Source: a virus (Duplodnaviria > Caudoviricetes). From it: a stretch of DNA of 64,000 bases. Numbering within the stretch: the stretch's first letter is position 1; every line of letters starts with the position of its first letter. This document shows positions 39,127-48,730 of the stretch, piece by piece. A program made the position numbers and the translations under genes. Where the stretch lies: positions 31,129 through 95,128 of IMG/VR virus record IMGVR_UViG_3300025392_000232, one strand, 5' to 3'. The notes under the pieces were generated by a model. It saw only the letters and a program-made list of their open reading frames with translations, ran no database searches and was not told where the DNA came from.

Positions 39127-39487
39127 CTTTCTTTACAAACGGTTCCAAATTAGGTGGAACCCAACCTACTGGTTTTAATACTTTACCATCTTCACGCTTG
39201 CGAACTTTACCATCCTCGCCAATTTTAGCAAAGTTAGTTTTCATAACTTCTTTCCATGCACCTTCAATATCGCAACCTATACTATGGGCGGCACCGATAG
39301 TAACGACTAAGATATCTGTTAATGCATCTACAACTTCTTTACTATCACAATCATTGATAGCAACTTTTAATTCGCCGAGTTCTTCTTCAATCAAATTAAC
39401 ATATAGATTAAATTGAGCAACATTCCAATCATCAGTAGTTTGATCGCATGCCTTCATAAATTTTTCTTGATCTCGAAACGGATTCAT
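39119..39487 (-). CDS. All-alpha NTP pyrophosphohydrolase (MazG/PRA-PH-like)
   Basis: LIEEELGEL, DALTDILVV, REDGKVLKP. Confidence 0.85.
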   Translation of the reverse strand: MNPFRDQEKFMKACDQTTDDWNVAQFNLYVNLIEEELGELKVAINDCDSKEVVDALTDILVVTIGAAHSIGCDIEGAWKEVMKTNFAKIGEDGKVRKREDGKVLKPVGWVPPNLEPFVKKDV

Positions 39488-39720
39488 ATAACTCCTTTAG
39501 TTGATTCTTTTATTTCATTGAGCGAACAGCTCATTGGTCGGCCATCGCTATCTAGTAACATGGTTCCCCATCTCTTACCATGTTCGTCAAATTCAACAAA
39601 TATTTTACCATATGCACAGAATGTAGTAGCATTGGTTTCGTGTCCTGCATCTTCAAATAACCATAATACCAAAGACATGCATATGATAAATGCTAAACTG
39701 ACTAATCTGATGTGTTTCAC
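39484..39720 (-). CDS. Small membrane-anchored hypothetical protein
   Basis: N-terminal hydrophobic helix. Confidence 0.65.
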   Translation of the reverse strand: MKHIRLVSLAFIICMSLVLWLFEDAGHETNATTFCAYGKIFVEFDEHGKRWGTMLLDSDGRPMSCSLNEIKESTKGVI

Positions 39721-41046
39721 TTAGATCTTTTCTCCAACTTCAAAACCTCTCCAACGTAGGAAACGGGGGAACCGCAAACTATAGGTGCCGTCCTGGTTTT
39801 GCGTGATTGCGTCTGCTCGCACTTCAACGATGTTACCGATGAGACGATCACGTTCCCTCCAATAACTATCGCGGTTATCGTCAGTAAAGCCGCTACCGAT
39901 ATTGACGACAATATCCTTTCCGTCATCTCTACCACTGCATACAAGAGCTCCCAACTTGCCAACATTGCGGCCGGTGCCTTCTTCAACTGCGGTAACCGCC
40001 AGTGAAACTTCGATAAAAGGTTTAAGTTTAAGCCATGCAACACTTCTTTTACATTCATACGGAGCCTCCGGGTCTTTAATCATGATACCTTCATATCCAC
40101 CGTCAACTGCCCGTTGGTTAATTTCTTTAAAACGCTGTTTACCTTCTTCTGTATCTAAATCTACAAATTCATTAGCAACACAAGTCACATTAGGTAGTAG
40201 TTCTTGATTCTGTTCAACCCAAAACTTGACCATTGAACTTCGAGTAGCTTGTGGTTTATTGTAAACTCCTTGTTCAAAGTCTGCTAATGGTAGCACATCA
40301 AATAGGTTAAGCACAGCATCGTCTGATTTAACATTATCTTTACGGTGTACTTGTTTCATCAAGTCCTGGAAACTGGAGCTCATAATTTCACCGTCTAGTA
40401 CCAAGTCCATATCTTTACTAGTAGATTTTGATTTAACTACACTACTAATCTGTTCTGCTATATGGGGAAAGTTAGCAAGCTCTTTACCGTTACGACTAAA
40501 CATATCCACCCGACCATCAGCACGAACGATAGTGATAACACGGACACCGTCAAGTTTAACTTCGATAAGTTTCTTGCCGGCGACTTTAGTTTCATGATTA
40601 GCACTATCATGAGCAAGCTGACAACCAAATACGGGAATAGCATAGTCAGCATATTTCTTCTCCACTACTTTGTTAATTGTTTTTTCGCTTACACCACAGC
40701 GTAAGTCTTTGATTAAAATTCTACGATACCAACCGTTCCACTCTGCTTTGGTTGCTGACTTCATCATCGTTTGAATCATGTCGCGAGCTGTATTACCTGT
40801 GACATTGCGAGTTGTAAAGCCAGTAAGAGCGAGAGTAAAACTGTCCCAAGGTAAACCAGGGCCGTCTTCATCTGTTTTCTCCGGTATTTGTTTAAGTCCA
40901 AAAGTTATCATCGGATCTAGCGCAAGTCGACAACCTTCAAAGAATTCTTTATTACCTTCTTGGGCAATAGCTTCAATAATAGCTTCTTTGTTCAAACGGC
41001 TCGGATGACTTTCCAAACTCCAAATGTGGCTGGCACAAACGCTCAT
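39721..41046 (-). CDS. ATP-dependent DNA ligase
   Basis: EVKLDGVR, LDGE, EGIMIK, WLKLK, IGSGF, SLRFPRF. Confidence 0.95.
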   Translation of the reverse strand: MSVCASHIWSLESHPSRLNKEAIIEAIAQEGNKEFFEGCRLALDPMITFGLKQIPEKTDEDGPGLPWDSFTLALTGFTTRNVTGNTARDMIQTMMKSATKAEWNGWYRRILIKDLRCGVSEKTINKVVEKKYADYAIPVFGCQLAHDSANHETKVAGKKLIEVKLDGVRVITIVRADGRVDMFSRNGKELANFPHIAEQISSVVKSKSTSKDMDLVLDGEIMSSSFQDLMKQVHRKDNVKSDDAVLNLFDVLPLADFEQGVYNKPQATRSSMVKFWVEQNQELLPNVTCVANEFVDLDTEEGKQRFKEINQRAVDGGYEGIMIKDPEAPYECKRSVAWLKLKPFIEVSLAVTAVEEGTGRNVGKLGALVCSGRDDGKDIVVNIGSGFTDDNRDSYWRERDRLIGNIVEVRADAITQNQDGTYSLRFPRFLRWRGFEVGEKI

Positions 41047-41078
41047 GTTGACTCCAATGATTAACTGTATAAGTGTAT

Positions 41079-41107
41079 ATTATACAGAGTAATTATCAGT
41101 ATGTCAA
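41079..41107 (-). promoter_or_regulatory. Consensus sigma70 promoter for the ligase
   Basis: TTGACA-17-TATAAT. Confidence 0.9.
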
Positions 41108-41821
41108 GTGGTTGTTGGTCTTAAATGGCTTACCTAAGTAAGCATTTTCTAATTGACGTAGAATTAAATTTTTCATTCTACGGATGATTTTATGGTTGTG
41201 ATCCCAGTTGAATGTTTTCAAATAGTAACACCACCAAGAGCTTTTGTGTTTACGGGCTAGGTTAGAATCCATGTATTGACCTATAGCATGTGGATTATAT
41301 CCAAATCGATCAATCATTTCGCAGGCAATATTAAAAGCAAAGGCCCCCATTTCATCAGTGTCGCCGTAGTACTCTTGTTGCTTACGCTCTTTCGCCAATT
41401 CTGCTGTACTTTGATATCCAGGAATTGATTTGAAATTGCGACTACGAAATTGACGCATATGAATCAATTCGTGTAGCATTGTATCAGCAAATCGAGCACT
41501 CATACGTTTCCAACGATATTGTGTAATTTTCAACTTAGTATCAGTTGGATTAAAGTTAAAATTTACCTCTATTGACGGTACACCTTTTTTGTCCAAATTA
41601 CTATAGTAAACACCACCCATAAAAATCAGCCCTTTGTCTGTAGGAGGGTGGATGCACTTTTTAAGTTTAATAGGTAAGTGTGCTTTGATATGCTTATTAA
41701 TGCGTTTCTGTATCTGGCTAGGAGATAGCTCTTTTCCTACTATTTGGCTGTTAAGCGAATAGAACATAGAGTACAGATTATTTCGAGTAAGTTCCGACCA
41801 ATCGAATGGTAATTGGGCCAT
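41096..41821 (-). CDS. HExxH zincin-like hypothetical protein
   Basis: LHELIHMRQ...YY...DEMGAFA. Confidence 0.6.
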   Translation of the reverse strand: MAQLPFDWSELTRNNLYSMFYSLNSQIVGKELSPSQIQKRINKHIKAHLPIKLKKCIHPPTDKGLIFMGGVYYSNLDKKGVPSIEVNFNFNPTDTKLKITQYRWKRMSARFADTMLHELIHMRQFRSRNFKSIPGYQSTAELAKERKQQEYYGDTDEMGAFAFNIACEMIDRFGYNPHAIGQYMDSNLARKHKSSWWCYYLKTFNWDHNHKIIRRMKNLILRQLENAYLGKPFKTNNHLTY

Positions 41822-41862
41822 AGTACACTCCTAGACATAACTATTTATAGTGTACTACGGCC
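41816..41862 (-). promoter_or_regulatory. Late promoter TATAAATA within a 14-bp hairpin that sequesters the SD and AUG
   Basis: GGCCGTAGTACACT / AGTGTACTATGGCC on the minus strand; TATAAATA at 41842-41849. Confidence 0.8.
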
Positions 41863-41880
41863 TACCATTATATACGCACT

Positions 41881-42471
41881 TTATGGGCGTTTTGTGATAA
41901 TCTCGTCAATCAAACCATATTCTAGTGCTTCTTGGGCACTCATGAACTTATCACGTTCCATATCGTTTTTAAACTCTTCATAAGTTTTACCTTTTGAATT
42001 ATGGTTTACGTAAATCTGGGTTAAATTCTTTTTCATTTTTAGGATCTCCTCAACCTGGATTTCCATGTCTGTAGCTTGTCCGCCTGCGCCGCCTGAGGGC
42101 TGGTGAATCATGTGCCTAGCGTTTGGTAGCATTTTACGCTTGCCAGGAGCACCAGCAGTAGCAAGCAGGCTTCCCATACTACAGGCTTGGCCCATAACGA
42201 CTGTGCAAACATCAGGTTTAATGAATTGCATAGTATCGTAAATAGCCATACCAGCTGTAACTACTCCGCCTGGACTGTTGATAAAAAATGTAATATCTTC
42301 ATTTCCTTGACTTTCTAAAAACAACAACTGAGCTACTAGCAAACTAGCAGAATGCTCGTTTACATCTGTATCCAGCATGACAATACGGTCCTTAAGTAAG
42401 CGACTATAAATGTCATAACTACGTTCTCCGCGAGCTTCTTGCTCGATTACCATTGGTACTAAATTAGGCAT
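41881..42471 (-). CDS. clpP: ATP-dependent Clp protease proteolytic subunit
   Basis: [33 protein letters not shown]; catalytic triad intact. Confidence 0.96.
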   Translation of the reverse strand: MPNLVPMVIEQEARGERSYDIYSRLLKDRIVMLDTDVNEHSASLLVAQLLFLESQGNEDITFFINSPGGVVTAGMAIYDTMQFIKPDVCTVVMGQACSMGSLLATAGAPGKRKMLPNARHMIHQPSGGAGGQATDMEIQVEEILKMKKNLTQIYVNHNSKGKTYEEFKNDMERDKFMSAQEALEYGLIDEIITKRP

Positions 42472-42686
42472 TACATCTCCATTGTTAAAGTAAATTCTTT
42501 ATCGTGTTGGCTAAGATAGAAACTAGCCAACTTAAACATTGTGCGGGCATGTTCAATATCTACTGGAACAATAATACGTTCACCAGAACGTAGCTGTCTC
42601 AGTTCCTCTGCATCTTGCAATGCAACACGTTCCATGGCTTCATAATCGCGAGCCATTTCCATTAGTTCAATTTCATTATACAGCAT
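42471..42686 (-). CDS. Hypothetical protein
   Basis: Operon-coupled ORF. Confidence 0.65.
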   Translation of the reverse strand: MLYNEIELMEMARDYEAMERVALQDAEELRQLRSGERIIVPVDIEHARTMFKLASFYLSQHDKEFTLTMEM

Positions 42687-43122
42687 TTGATGTGTCGTAT
42701 GTTTGTTTAAAAATATCTTTTTTAACTACACCGTAGTCACCTGCACCGTGACGTACAATATAGTCCTCTCCTGCTCGATAATTCAAATCGCCGTAACTGG
42801 CATGTACTACACCATCGTGGTCGGCTAGTTTAGCGTGTTTATGTATCTTCTTAGGAGTAGCAGTACCATCTTTGTTGTCGTCGTAATATTCGGCAAACTT
42901 CTTTGGATCTACTGGATACTGTTCACCTTTAGGACCTGTAATGATTTTATGTCCAGCTTGATAGTCAACCGGGCCTTCGAGTGTTTCAATAGTACCGCTA
43001 GCGATAGCAGTTTTATAATGAATAGGTGTAGGATGTTTGAATGTTTCAAATGAACCAGTCTTAAACCAATCGTCGGTAATACCTTCCATTGTTTCTACAA
43101 TTTTAATAAATTCTTTAATCAT
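42676..43122 (-). CDS. PGDYG-like protein with an internal duplication
   Basis: IETLEG...GPKGEQYPV and AGEDYIV...GDYGVV. Confidence 0.6.
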   Translation of the reverse strand: MIKEFIKIVETMEGITDDWFKTGSFETFKHPTPIHYKTAIASGTIETLEGPVDYQAGHKIITGPKGEQYPVDPKKFAEYYDDNKDGTATPKKIHKHAKLADHDGVVHASYGDLNYRAGEDYIVRHGAGDYGVVKKDIFKQTYDTSNAV

Positions 43123-43301
43123 GATCTTGCCAACTTTATGTTTAAGTATGCTAGGCCGCCACTAATCAACGCCCATACATATTCGCCTTTAGATAAATCA
43201 GTTAATGCGGCTTCAGCACACCAACCAGCAATAAAAAAACTAATCTCGTAATTGTAACGTCTAAACCAATCAAGCATTTTCTGTCTCCTCGATACCTTCA
43301 T
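43119..43301 (-). CDS. Small membrane protein
   Basis: Two hydrophobic segments. Confidence 0.55.
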   Translation of the reverse strand: MKVSRRQKMLDWFRRYNYEISFFIAGWCAEAALTDLSKGEYVWALISGGLAYLNIKLARS

Positions 43302-43746
43302 ATTGAGCCAACTGTTTCTTAAATGTTTCTAGTTGTTCAATCAAATTAACAACACCACCATAGTTCATAGTAATGGCACTATAGCCCATTTTAAACTCTA
43401 GTCTGTTCTCGCTAGTCATTCCTAGTGTGTAGTAGGTCACAGCAGGCTTCTTAGGTTCGGGTGTATAACCGCCACCATCTCCGCCACCGTGTTCGGGTTC
43501 TTTAGGAAACGGTACAACATTGCTAGGTTTCTTTTTAAACATACTCAACATATTATTCTCTTTCATATTAAGCCAGCGAGCCAGCGGATTACATATTAAC
43601 GGTAAAGCTACCATAACAAGCCATACTAACTGTACACACATAGTATAGTCTCTATATGGACTAAAAGCAACCACTGCGGTTAAACTGAGATATGTAAAAC
43701 CGCTCCAGAATAACCAATGTCCTCCGGAGCGAGCAAACAACTTCAT
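43270..43746 (-). CDS. Membrane-anchored hypothetical protein
   Basis: Two N-terminal TM segments. Confidence 0.65.
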   Translation of the reverse strand: MKLFARSGGHWLFWSGFTYLSLTAVVAFSPYRDYTMCVQLVWLVMVALPLICNPLARWLNMKENNMLSMFKKKPSNVVPFPKEPEHGGGDGGGYTPEPKKPAVTYYTLGMTSENRLEFKMGYSAITMNYGGVVNLIEQLETFKKQLAQYEGIEETENA

Positions 43747-43747
43747 A

Positions 43748-44230
43748 TTATTCGCCTAATGCAATCGGGCTTACAATAATACGTGGTTCAATGTAAACTG
43801 GTTTAGGTTTACCAGACTTAGTATCTACGCACAATACCCAAGTACCATCGGCACTTGCAGGACTGTATAAACCGTTTGGATCTGCTTGTGGCAATGTTAC
43901 ATAACCGTGACCGTCACCGCTAATACGCATTGGGTTAGTATACTGAGTAGCGTAAGGCAAGCCATAGCCAACTGCATTACATACTTTGTGTAACTTACCG
44001 TTCATATCGGTGATGTAGACTGTAGTAGCTACGTTTTGATCACGCAACTCGATAATGTCTTTCATCATACGCTTTTCAGCAAAGTTAGTGATTGCGGGCA
44101 TACCGACTGACTGTACACCTTGCAAGCTCAATTCTTCTTGCTTACGTCGTTCGATCTGTGTAGATGTTTCTTTAACATCACATGCTGTCAAAAGAGTTGC
44201 GACAGCTACAAGAGATAGAATACTTTTCAT
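43748..44230 (-). CDS. Lipoprotein
   Basis: Lipobox LLTA-C. Confidence 0.8.
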   Translation of the reverse strand: MKSILSLVAVATLLTACDVKETSTQIERRKQEELSLQGVQSVGMPAITNFAEKRMMKDIIELRDQNVATTVYITDMNGKLHKVCNAVGYGLPYATQYTNPMRISGDGHGYVTLPQADPNGLYSPASADGTWVLCVDTKSGKPKPVYIEPRIIVSPIALGE

Positions 44231-44231
44231 T

Positions 44232-44549
44232 TTACTTACCTGCTTTCAAACTGTTATAAAAATTACGAAGGTTGGGAGGCATTTTATCCTCTGGGTATAC
44301 ACTAAAACGGTGTAACACAATAGCACGGAGAGCTTGTTTCTTCTCCGCATCTGAACTGATGTATTCAATTTGCAAGTTTTCCAAATCACGGATCATACCG
44401 TCATTGTACTGTTCACTTTGCTTGAACACTTCATTATCTACCTGGCGATACTTTGGAGCAAAGTATTGATAGGCAAAAAAACTACCAAACATACATACCG
44501 CAATAAATGCGATCCAACCAATTACGATTGCTGAGATTTCTTTAAACAT
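44232..44549 (-). CDS. Single-TM membrane protein
   Basis: N-terminal hydrophobic helix. Confidence 0.75.
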   Translation of the reverse strand: MFKEISAIVIGWIAFIAVCMFGSFFAYQYFAPKYRQVDNEVFKQSEQYNDGMIRDLENLQIEYISSDAEKKQALRAIVLHRFSVYPEDKMPPNLRNFYNSLKAGK

Positions 44550-44557
44550 ACGGTTCC

Positions 44558-45115
44558 TTAGTTTTTATCTAATTCTTTAAATGCTTCTGTAGCACGGTTA
44601 GCCGCAAACTCACGTTGCTTACGAGCATCAGCCGCTTTACGCAAAATGTTAGCGTCACCTGTAGGCAATGCTACCAAAACGTATACACGGAAACGAGTAC
44701 CTTCTGCTACACGTTTAACTTCTTTGACTTCTACACCAGTAAGGTCAACTTCTTTACAGCTGGTACGCAAAGCCATTTCTGAAAATTCAGTGCTAGTTGC
44801 TTCGCTGTCTGTTTTATAAATCTTAGTACGCTGACTTACAGTACCGCCTGCCGCCATACAAATCTTACCATATGCATCTGCCTTAGCTTTGATATCAGCC
44901 ATACTCCAGTCTTGACTAACCGCAGTACCTGATTCAAAAACTGCACTATTGCTTAGTGGTGGATTGCCCATCCATTTAGGTGCTTTGTCGATTGCACTTT
45001 CAACATAACGTTCTTGACGTTCACGTTCTGCATCTGCACGGCGCTCATATGGATCGCGAGTTGAACCGCAAGCCGCTAAAATTGCAACGATTGGAATTAG
45101 TAATAGTGCCTTCAT
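44558..45115 (-). CDS. Lipoprotein (LPP20-like; probable start MKALLL at 45115)
   Basis: Lipobox ILAA-C; APKW motif. Confidence 0.75.
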   Translation of the reverse strand: MKALLLIPIVAILAACGSTRDPYERRADAERERQERYVESAIDKAPKWMGNPPLSNSAVFESGTAVSQDWSMADIKAKADAYGKICMAAGGTVSQRTKIYKTDSEATSTEFSEMALRTSCKEVDLTGVEVKEVKRVAEGTRFRVYVLVALPTGDANILRKAADARKQREFAANRATEAFKELDKN

Positions 45116-45237
45116 TATTTGCCACCCATCTGTTCTTTTGTCCATTCTGCGGACGATTGAATATCCTTACCAATGCCTGCTACGGTTGAGCAAGCTGTAA
45201 GGGCTAAAAGTAAAGCCAATGTCAAAACAGTTTTCAT
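45115..45237 (-). CDS. Entericidin EcnA/B-family lipoprotein, 40 aa (MKTVLTLALLLALTACSTVAGIGKDIQSSAEWTKEQMGGK), not in the ORF track
   Basis: Hand translation; lipobox LTA-C followed by the entericidin-type TVxGxGKDI motif. Confidence 0.8.
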   Translation of the reverse strand: MKTVLTLALLLALTACSTVAGIGKDIQSSAEWTKEQMGGK

Positions 45238-45272
45238 AAAACTCTTTCTGTGTATGTGTTGAACATGTGTAT

Positions 45273-45301
45273 ATTATACGATAAGTTGAATAGGATGTCA
45301 A
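45273..45301 (-). promoter_or_regulatory. Consensus sigma70 early promoter
   Basis: TTGACA-17-TATAAT; downstream ATACACATGTTnAACACA shared with the promoter at 32130. Confidence 0.9.
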
Positions 45302-45302
45302 C

Positions 45303-45653
45303 TTATCGATTAGCCAAACTGCCTTCTTTACAGGTAGTTTTGGTTTCAGTTTTAAAACGTCCGGGCAAGTCCATAAGAAGATTGCGGCGAGCACGTTCTC
45401 TGGCATAGTAGCACAGAGCTTCTTCTCGTTCCAAACCTTTTTCAGTTTCGGTTAAATGATAGGTCTTGTCGTCTACTGTTATATCAAAATTTACAGTACA
45501 GTAATGCCAGCCGCGATCCATACGTGTGTCTTTGACAAGATTAGTAATTGCACCAACATTTCGTTCGCTAACCAAATCGCTAGCTACAACGATGTCACAC
45601 CCAGCGTAGGCAATTTGGCTAACAAACATACTAGCCAGAATTAGGTTTTTCAT
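45303..45653 (-). CDS. Secreted hypothetical protein
   Basis: Signal peptide ending AYA; four Cys. Confidence 0.7.
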   Translation of the reverse strand: MKNLILASMFVSQIAYAGCDIVVASDLVSERNVGAITNLVKDTRMDRGWHYCTVNFDITVDDKTYHLTETEKGLEREEALCYYARERARRNLLMDLPGRFKTETKTTCKEGSLANR

Positions 45654-45696
45654 TTTAGACTTTCTGCTAAGTTACAATAATAATATTATAACTTCG

Positions 45697-46116
45697 TTAA
45701 CGATACTTGTCATCCAATTCGACACTCGAAAGTCCTGCAATAGTTTGAAACTTTTCAAAAGCCTTTTTAGCGGCAGGGTTCTTAGACAATTCACTATTTG
45801 GTAGAACTGCTTCTAGCCAAATCTCAGGGCGACGACTAGGATGTGCGCCAAACTGTCTAGGCTGATGTAGTTTACCAGTTTCCAATAATTCAATACTAAC
45901 GCTACGGAAAAGATCCTCATCACCATCTGGGTATGCCGCCCATTCAGGATTACTCAAACCATACGGGTCGTGATAGCCTCCCCAAATACTTGCCCACTGT
46001 ACATCATCTCGTGGATCAAAGTCTGTGCGAGAAATTACTACCAATACATCGTCAATATTTACTACACCATCGACGATGTCTCTAACACAACGGCTATAAC
46101 TCAATCCAATTTTCAT
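45697..46116 (-). CDS. Hypothetical protein (probable start MKIGLSY at 46116)
   Basis: GAGG SD before the ATG at 46116. Confidence 0.75.
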   Translation of the reverse strand: MKIGLSYSRCVRDIVDGVVNIDDVLVVISRTDFDPRDDVQWASIWGGYHDPYGLSNPEWAAYPDGDEDLFRSVSIELLETGKLHQPRQFGAHPSRRPEIWLEAVLPNSELSKNPAAKKAFEKFQTIAGLSSVELDDKYR

Positions 46117-46117
46117 T

Positions 46118-46357
46118 TTATCCTCTTGTTCCCGTAGATGTGCGTGTGACTGTGGGCCCAGCACTTTCGAAGTCTATACCGGCATTGCGACCTTCGTAGC
46201 ATTTGCCGTTCCATTTCATATTAATCTTAACTGCTTTGTTAACCACCACATTGAGCAGGACCTTGTCTTCAAAGTCCTGCACAACTGCTTCAGTCATTTT
46301 AGATGACTTGGCCATTTTAATCAGACAAGTATCACTGTGCCGTAGTATTGTTGCCAC
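46118..46357 (-). CDS. Hypothetical protein (GTG start)
   Basis: GGAG SD; operon-coupled. Confidence 0.65.
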   Translation of the reverse strand: MATILRHSDTCLIKMAKSSKMTEAVVQDFEDKVLLNVVVNKAVKINMKWNGKCYEGRNAGIDFESAGPTVTRTSTGTRG

Positions 46358-46514
46358 TGGCGGACTCCAATTCTGTTACACGTTCTTTTAATTGCACGAT
46401 CATATCTTCTAGTTTTAAAATATGATCTGCCACTTGCTTCATAAACTCGGCAGTATTTTCTCCAGTCACACGTAGCATTTCTGGTACTGTAGGTAATTTT
46501 GTATCTTCACTCAT
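46332..46514 (-). CDS. Small coiled-coil hypothetical protein
   Basis: GGAG SD; operon-coupled. Confidence 0.65.
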   Translation of the reverse strand: MSEDTKLPTVPEMLRVTGENTAEFMKQVADHILKLEDMIVQLKERVTELESASGNNTTAQ

Positions 46515-47375
46515 TTAAATCTCCAATAAAATATTAGGGTTCCAGCCTGTATCTTCGCTGTATCCATCGTTTTCATAACCGCGTGGGTTACATACTACCC
46601 TTGTTTCGCCAACCATGTAATCAAACGGATGATGAGTATGGCCATGTGTCCAAAGCACAACCTGTGGGTGATCCAAAATGAACTCACTCAAGTCACTGTG
46701 ATAGCCACCGTTCATCAATGTGTCGTTACCGTACATTGGATGACAGCTTTGGAAGCTAGGGCTGTGGTGTCCAACTACTACACACTTCTTATCCTTGTTC
46801 TCGTCGAGCACAAGTTTAAAATATTGTAGTGTACGAGCATGACGACCAACAACATCTCTAGCACTCATAGTAGCATAGCTACGTTTGTCGTTACGAATGA
46901 TCTTAAAGTCGTTCATCATACCTTCTATGGCATGCATAGTCAGTGGATCGCCTTTATTCATATCAGTCCAAAGTGTAGCGCCTACAAATACTACATCGTC
47001 AATAACCTTAGTATCGTTTTCTAACATATAGACATTAGGATACTTGGCACATTCTTCACGCATATATTCAATGCCGTCAAAGAACTTACCATTGTAGAAT
47101 TCATGGTTGCCCATGATGTAAACAACATGCGGGAACTGAAAACTGCAACGTTTCAAAAAATCTCTGTAACGCTGTGCTTTTAGTTGACGCTTGCCCAATC
47201 CTGTGCTGTTAGCAATAGCCGCTTGATCGGCAGTATTGGTCGGCTCAGGATGGTCGTGGAGATCCTGGGCAACCATAATGTCACCACCTAAAATCAAAAC
47301 GTCATAGTTATTGTCGTTTTGAATGTTAATATCACTGAACTCTAAATGGAGGTCACTGACTAGTTTGATTCTCAT
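46515..47375 (-). CDS. Calcineurin-like metallophosphoesterase
   Basis: SDLH, GD, GNHE, HH, HGHTH, NPRGY. Confidence 0.92.
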   Translation of the reverse strand: MRIKLVSDLHLEFSDINIQNDNNYDVLILGGDIMVAQDLHDHPEPTNTADQAAIANSTGLGKRQLKAQRYRDFLKRCSFQFPHVVYIMGNHEFYNGKFFDGIEYMREECAKYPNVYMLENDTKVIDDVVFVGATLWTDMNKGDPLTMHAIEGMMNDFKIIRNDKRSYATMSARDVVGRHARTLQYFKLVLDENKDKKCVVVGHHSPSFQSCHPMYGNDTLMNGGYHSDLSEFILDHPQVVLWTHGHTHHPFDYMVGETRVVCNPRGYENDGYSEDTGWNPNILLEI

Positions 47376-47960
47376 TTAATCCTCTATAGGAAATTTTGGT
47401 AAAGTTTCATCTTTCCATTTCTGGACGTCTTCTTTATTATACTCGCCTTTGTTTACTTTGTCAATAAATTCTTTCAACATCTTGTTCATCCAATCGTTGA
47501 AGGTCATGTTTTCTTCATGTGCGCTTTTGAACGCAAACATTAACAAGTCGTCTGGCAACACCAAAGGAACACTTATACTGGTGTCGTAGTCTTCGCCTGC
47601 TTTAATAGCTAGGCATTTAGAAATAAAATCATCATCAACTTCCAAATCTACATACTCGATATCGTCCCAAGCTTCGTTTAGATTGACTCCATGTGCTTTG
47701 GCTTCTTTGGCATGCTTCTCACGTTTGTTTTCCACAATCATACGATACGCACGATTGTTGGTATAGTCACATACTTCTACTTCATAGACCTTTTGTGTCT
47801 TAGTACTGAATATAATATTAAAACTCCAGCCACCCTTGTCGTGAAGCCCGTTCCAACTAGACAACTGATAGGCATTAGGGCCATAACAACTCCAACCATA
47901 ATCGCCACCTTCGGTGATCTTATAGTCTACTAATTCCATCCATTCTTTCATCGAGATCAT
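47376..47960 (-). CDS. Hypothetical protein with a possible C-terminal ribbon-helix-helix-like segment
   Basis: ORF; VPLVLPDDLL...AHEENMTFNDW. Confidence 0.7.
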   Translation of the reverse strand: MISMKEWMELVDYKITEGGDYGWSCYGPNAYQLSSWNGLHDKGGWSFNIIFSTKTQKVYEVEVCDYTNNRAYRMIVENKREKHAKEAKAHGVNLNEAWDDIEYVDLEVDDDFISKCLAIKAGEDYDTSISVPLVLPDDLLMFAFKSAHEENMTFNDWMNKMLKEFIDKVNKGEYNKEDVQKWKDETLPKFPIED

Positions 47961-48556
47961 TGTTCAAATCCTTGTTTAAGCATTGACGCTTCATCATCTT
48001 CTGGAGTATCAAAATCTACACCACCATGCTCTACACACACAGTTTTAATCCATCCGCCGGGAGTTTGTGTTCCCGGCTTACCACATTCTTCACAAGTAAC
48101 ACCTGACATTGATTCTGCCATGCTTACAAGTCCCGAAATGTATTCATCGCCGCCTGTGTAGTAAAAACGTAGTGTACCAAATTTTTCTTTAACTTGATCC
48201 AAAGTAACTTGCGTAATAAGTTCTGGTACTTCTCTAAAATTACCTTCAACAATTTCCCGGAGACGCTTTTCTTTATATTCTTGATTGACTACACTTTCCA
48301 TGTCCTTTTCAAACATGTCAAAGATACCAGACTTACATTGTGTAGCCATCTCATTGTATTTGATAGCAACATCACGTTGTCTAACACGCCAATCGATATG
48401 ATGTTGTATATTTCCCATAAGCTGATTAAGGATCTGGAACCAACCATCTCCACATTCAAAGCCCCAGCACATACAAGTTTCTTTCATATCCTTGTTGCGA
48501 TTTATCATCATCTTGGGATATACCTTACATAGGTATTCGTCCAGTTCTTGTTTCAT
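47957..48556 (-). CDS. Phage hypothetical protein
   Basis: GFECGDGW, QVKEKFGTLRFY, CEECG motifs. Confidence 0.8.
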   Translation of the reverse strand: MKQELDEYLCKVYPKMMINRNKDMKETCMCWGFECGDGWFQILNQLMGNIQHHIDWRVRQRDVAIKYNEMATQCKSGIFDMFEKDMESVVNQEYKEKRLREIVEGNFREVPELITQVTLDQVKEKFGTLRFYYTGGDEYISGLVSMAESMSGVTCEECGKPGTQTPGGWIKTVCVEHGGVDFDTPEDDEASMLKQGFEQ

Positions 48557-48730
48557 TTAGTATACCTCTTTCACAATGTTATATTCTTCTACGGGCCACT
48601 TGGCCTTAAATTCATCGGTCTTAACGTACTCATTAAAGTCCTTAGCATTAAAAAATACTTTATGGAATTCTGTTTTATATGAACCTTTTTTGGTTACTGT
48701 TAAGTAGACCGATTTAGCTGTACCTGCCAT
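48557..48730 (-). CDS. 57-aa hypothetical protein (MAGTAKSVYLTVTKKGSYKTEFHKVFFNAKDFNEYVK...), not in the ORF track
   Basis: Hand translation; exactly fills the gap between neighbours. Confidence 0.7.
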   Translation of the reverse strand: MAGTAKSVYLTVTKKGSYKTEFHKVFFNAKDFNEYVKTDEFKAKWPVEEYNIVKEVY

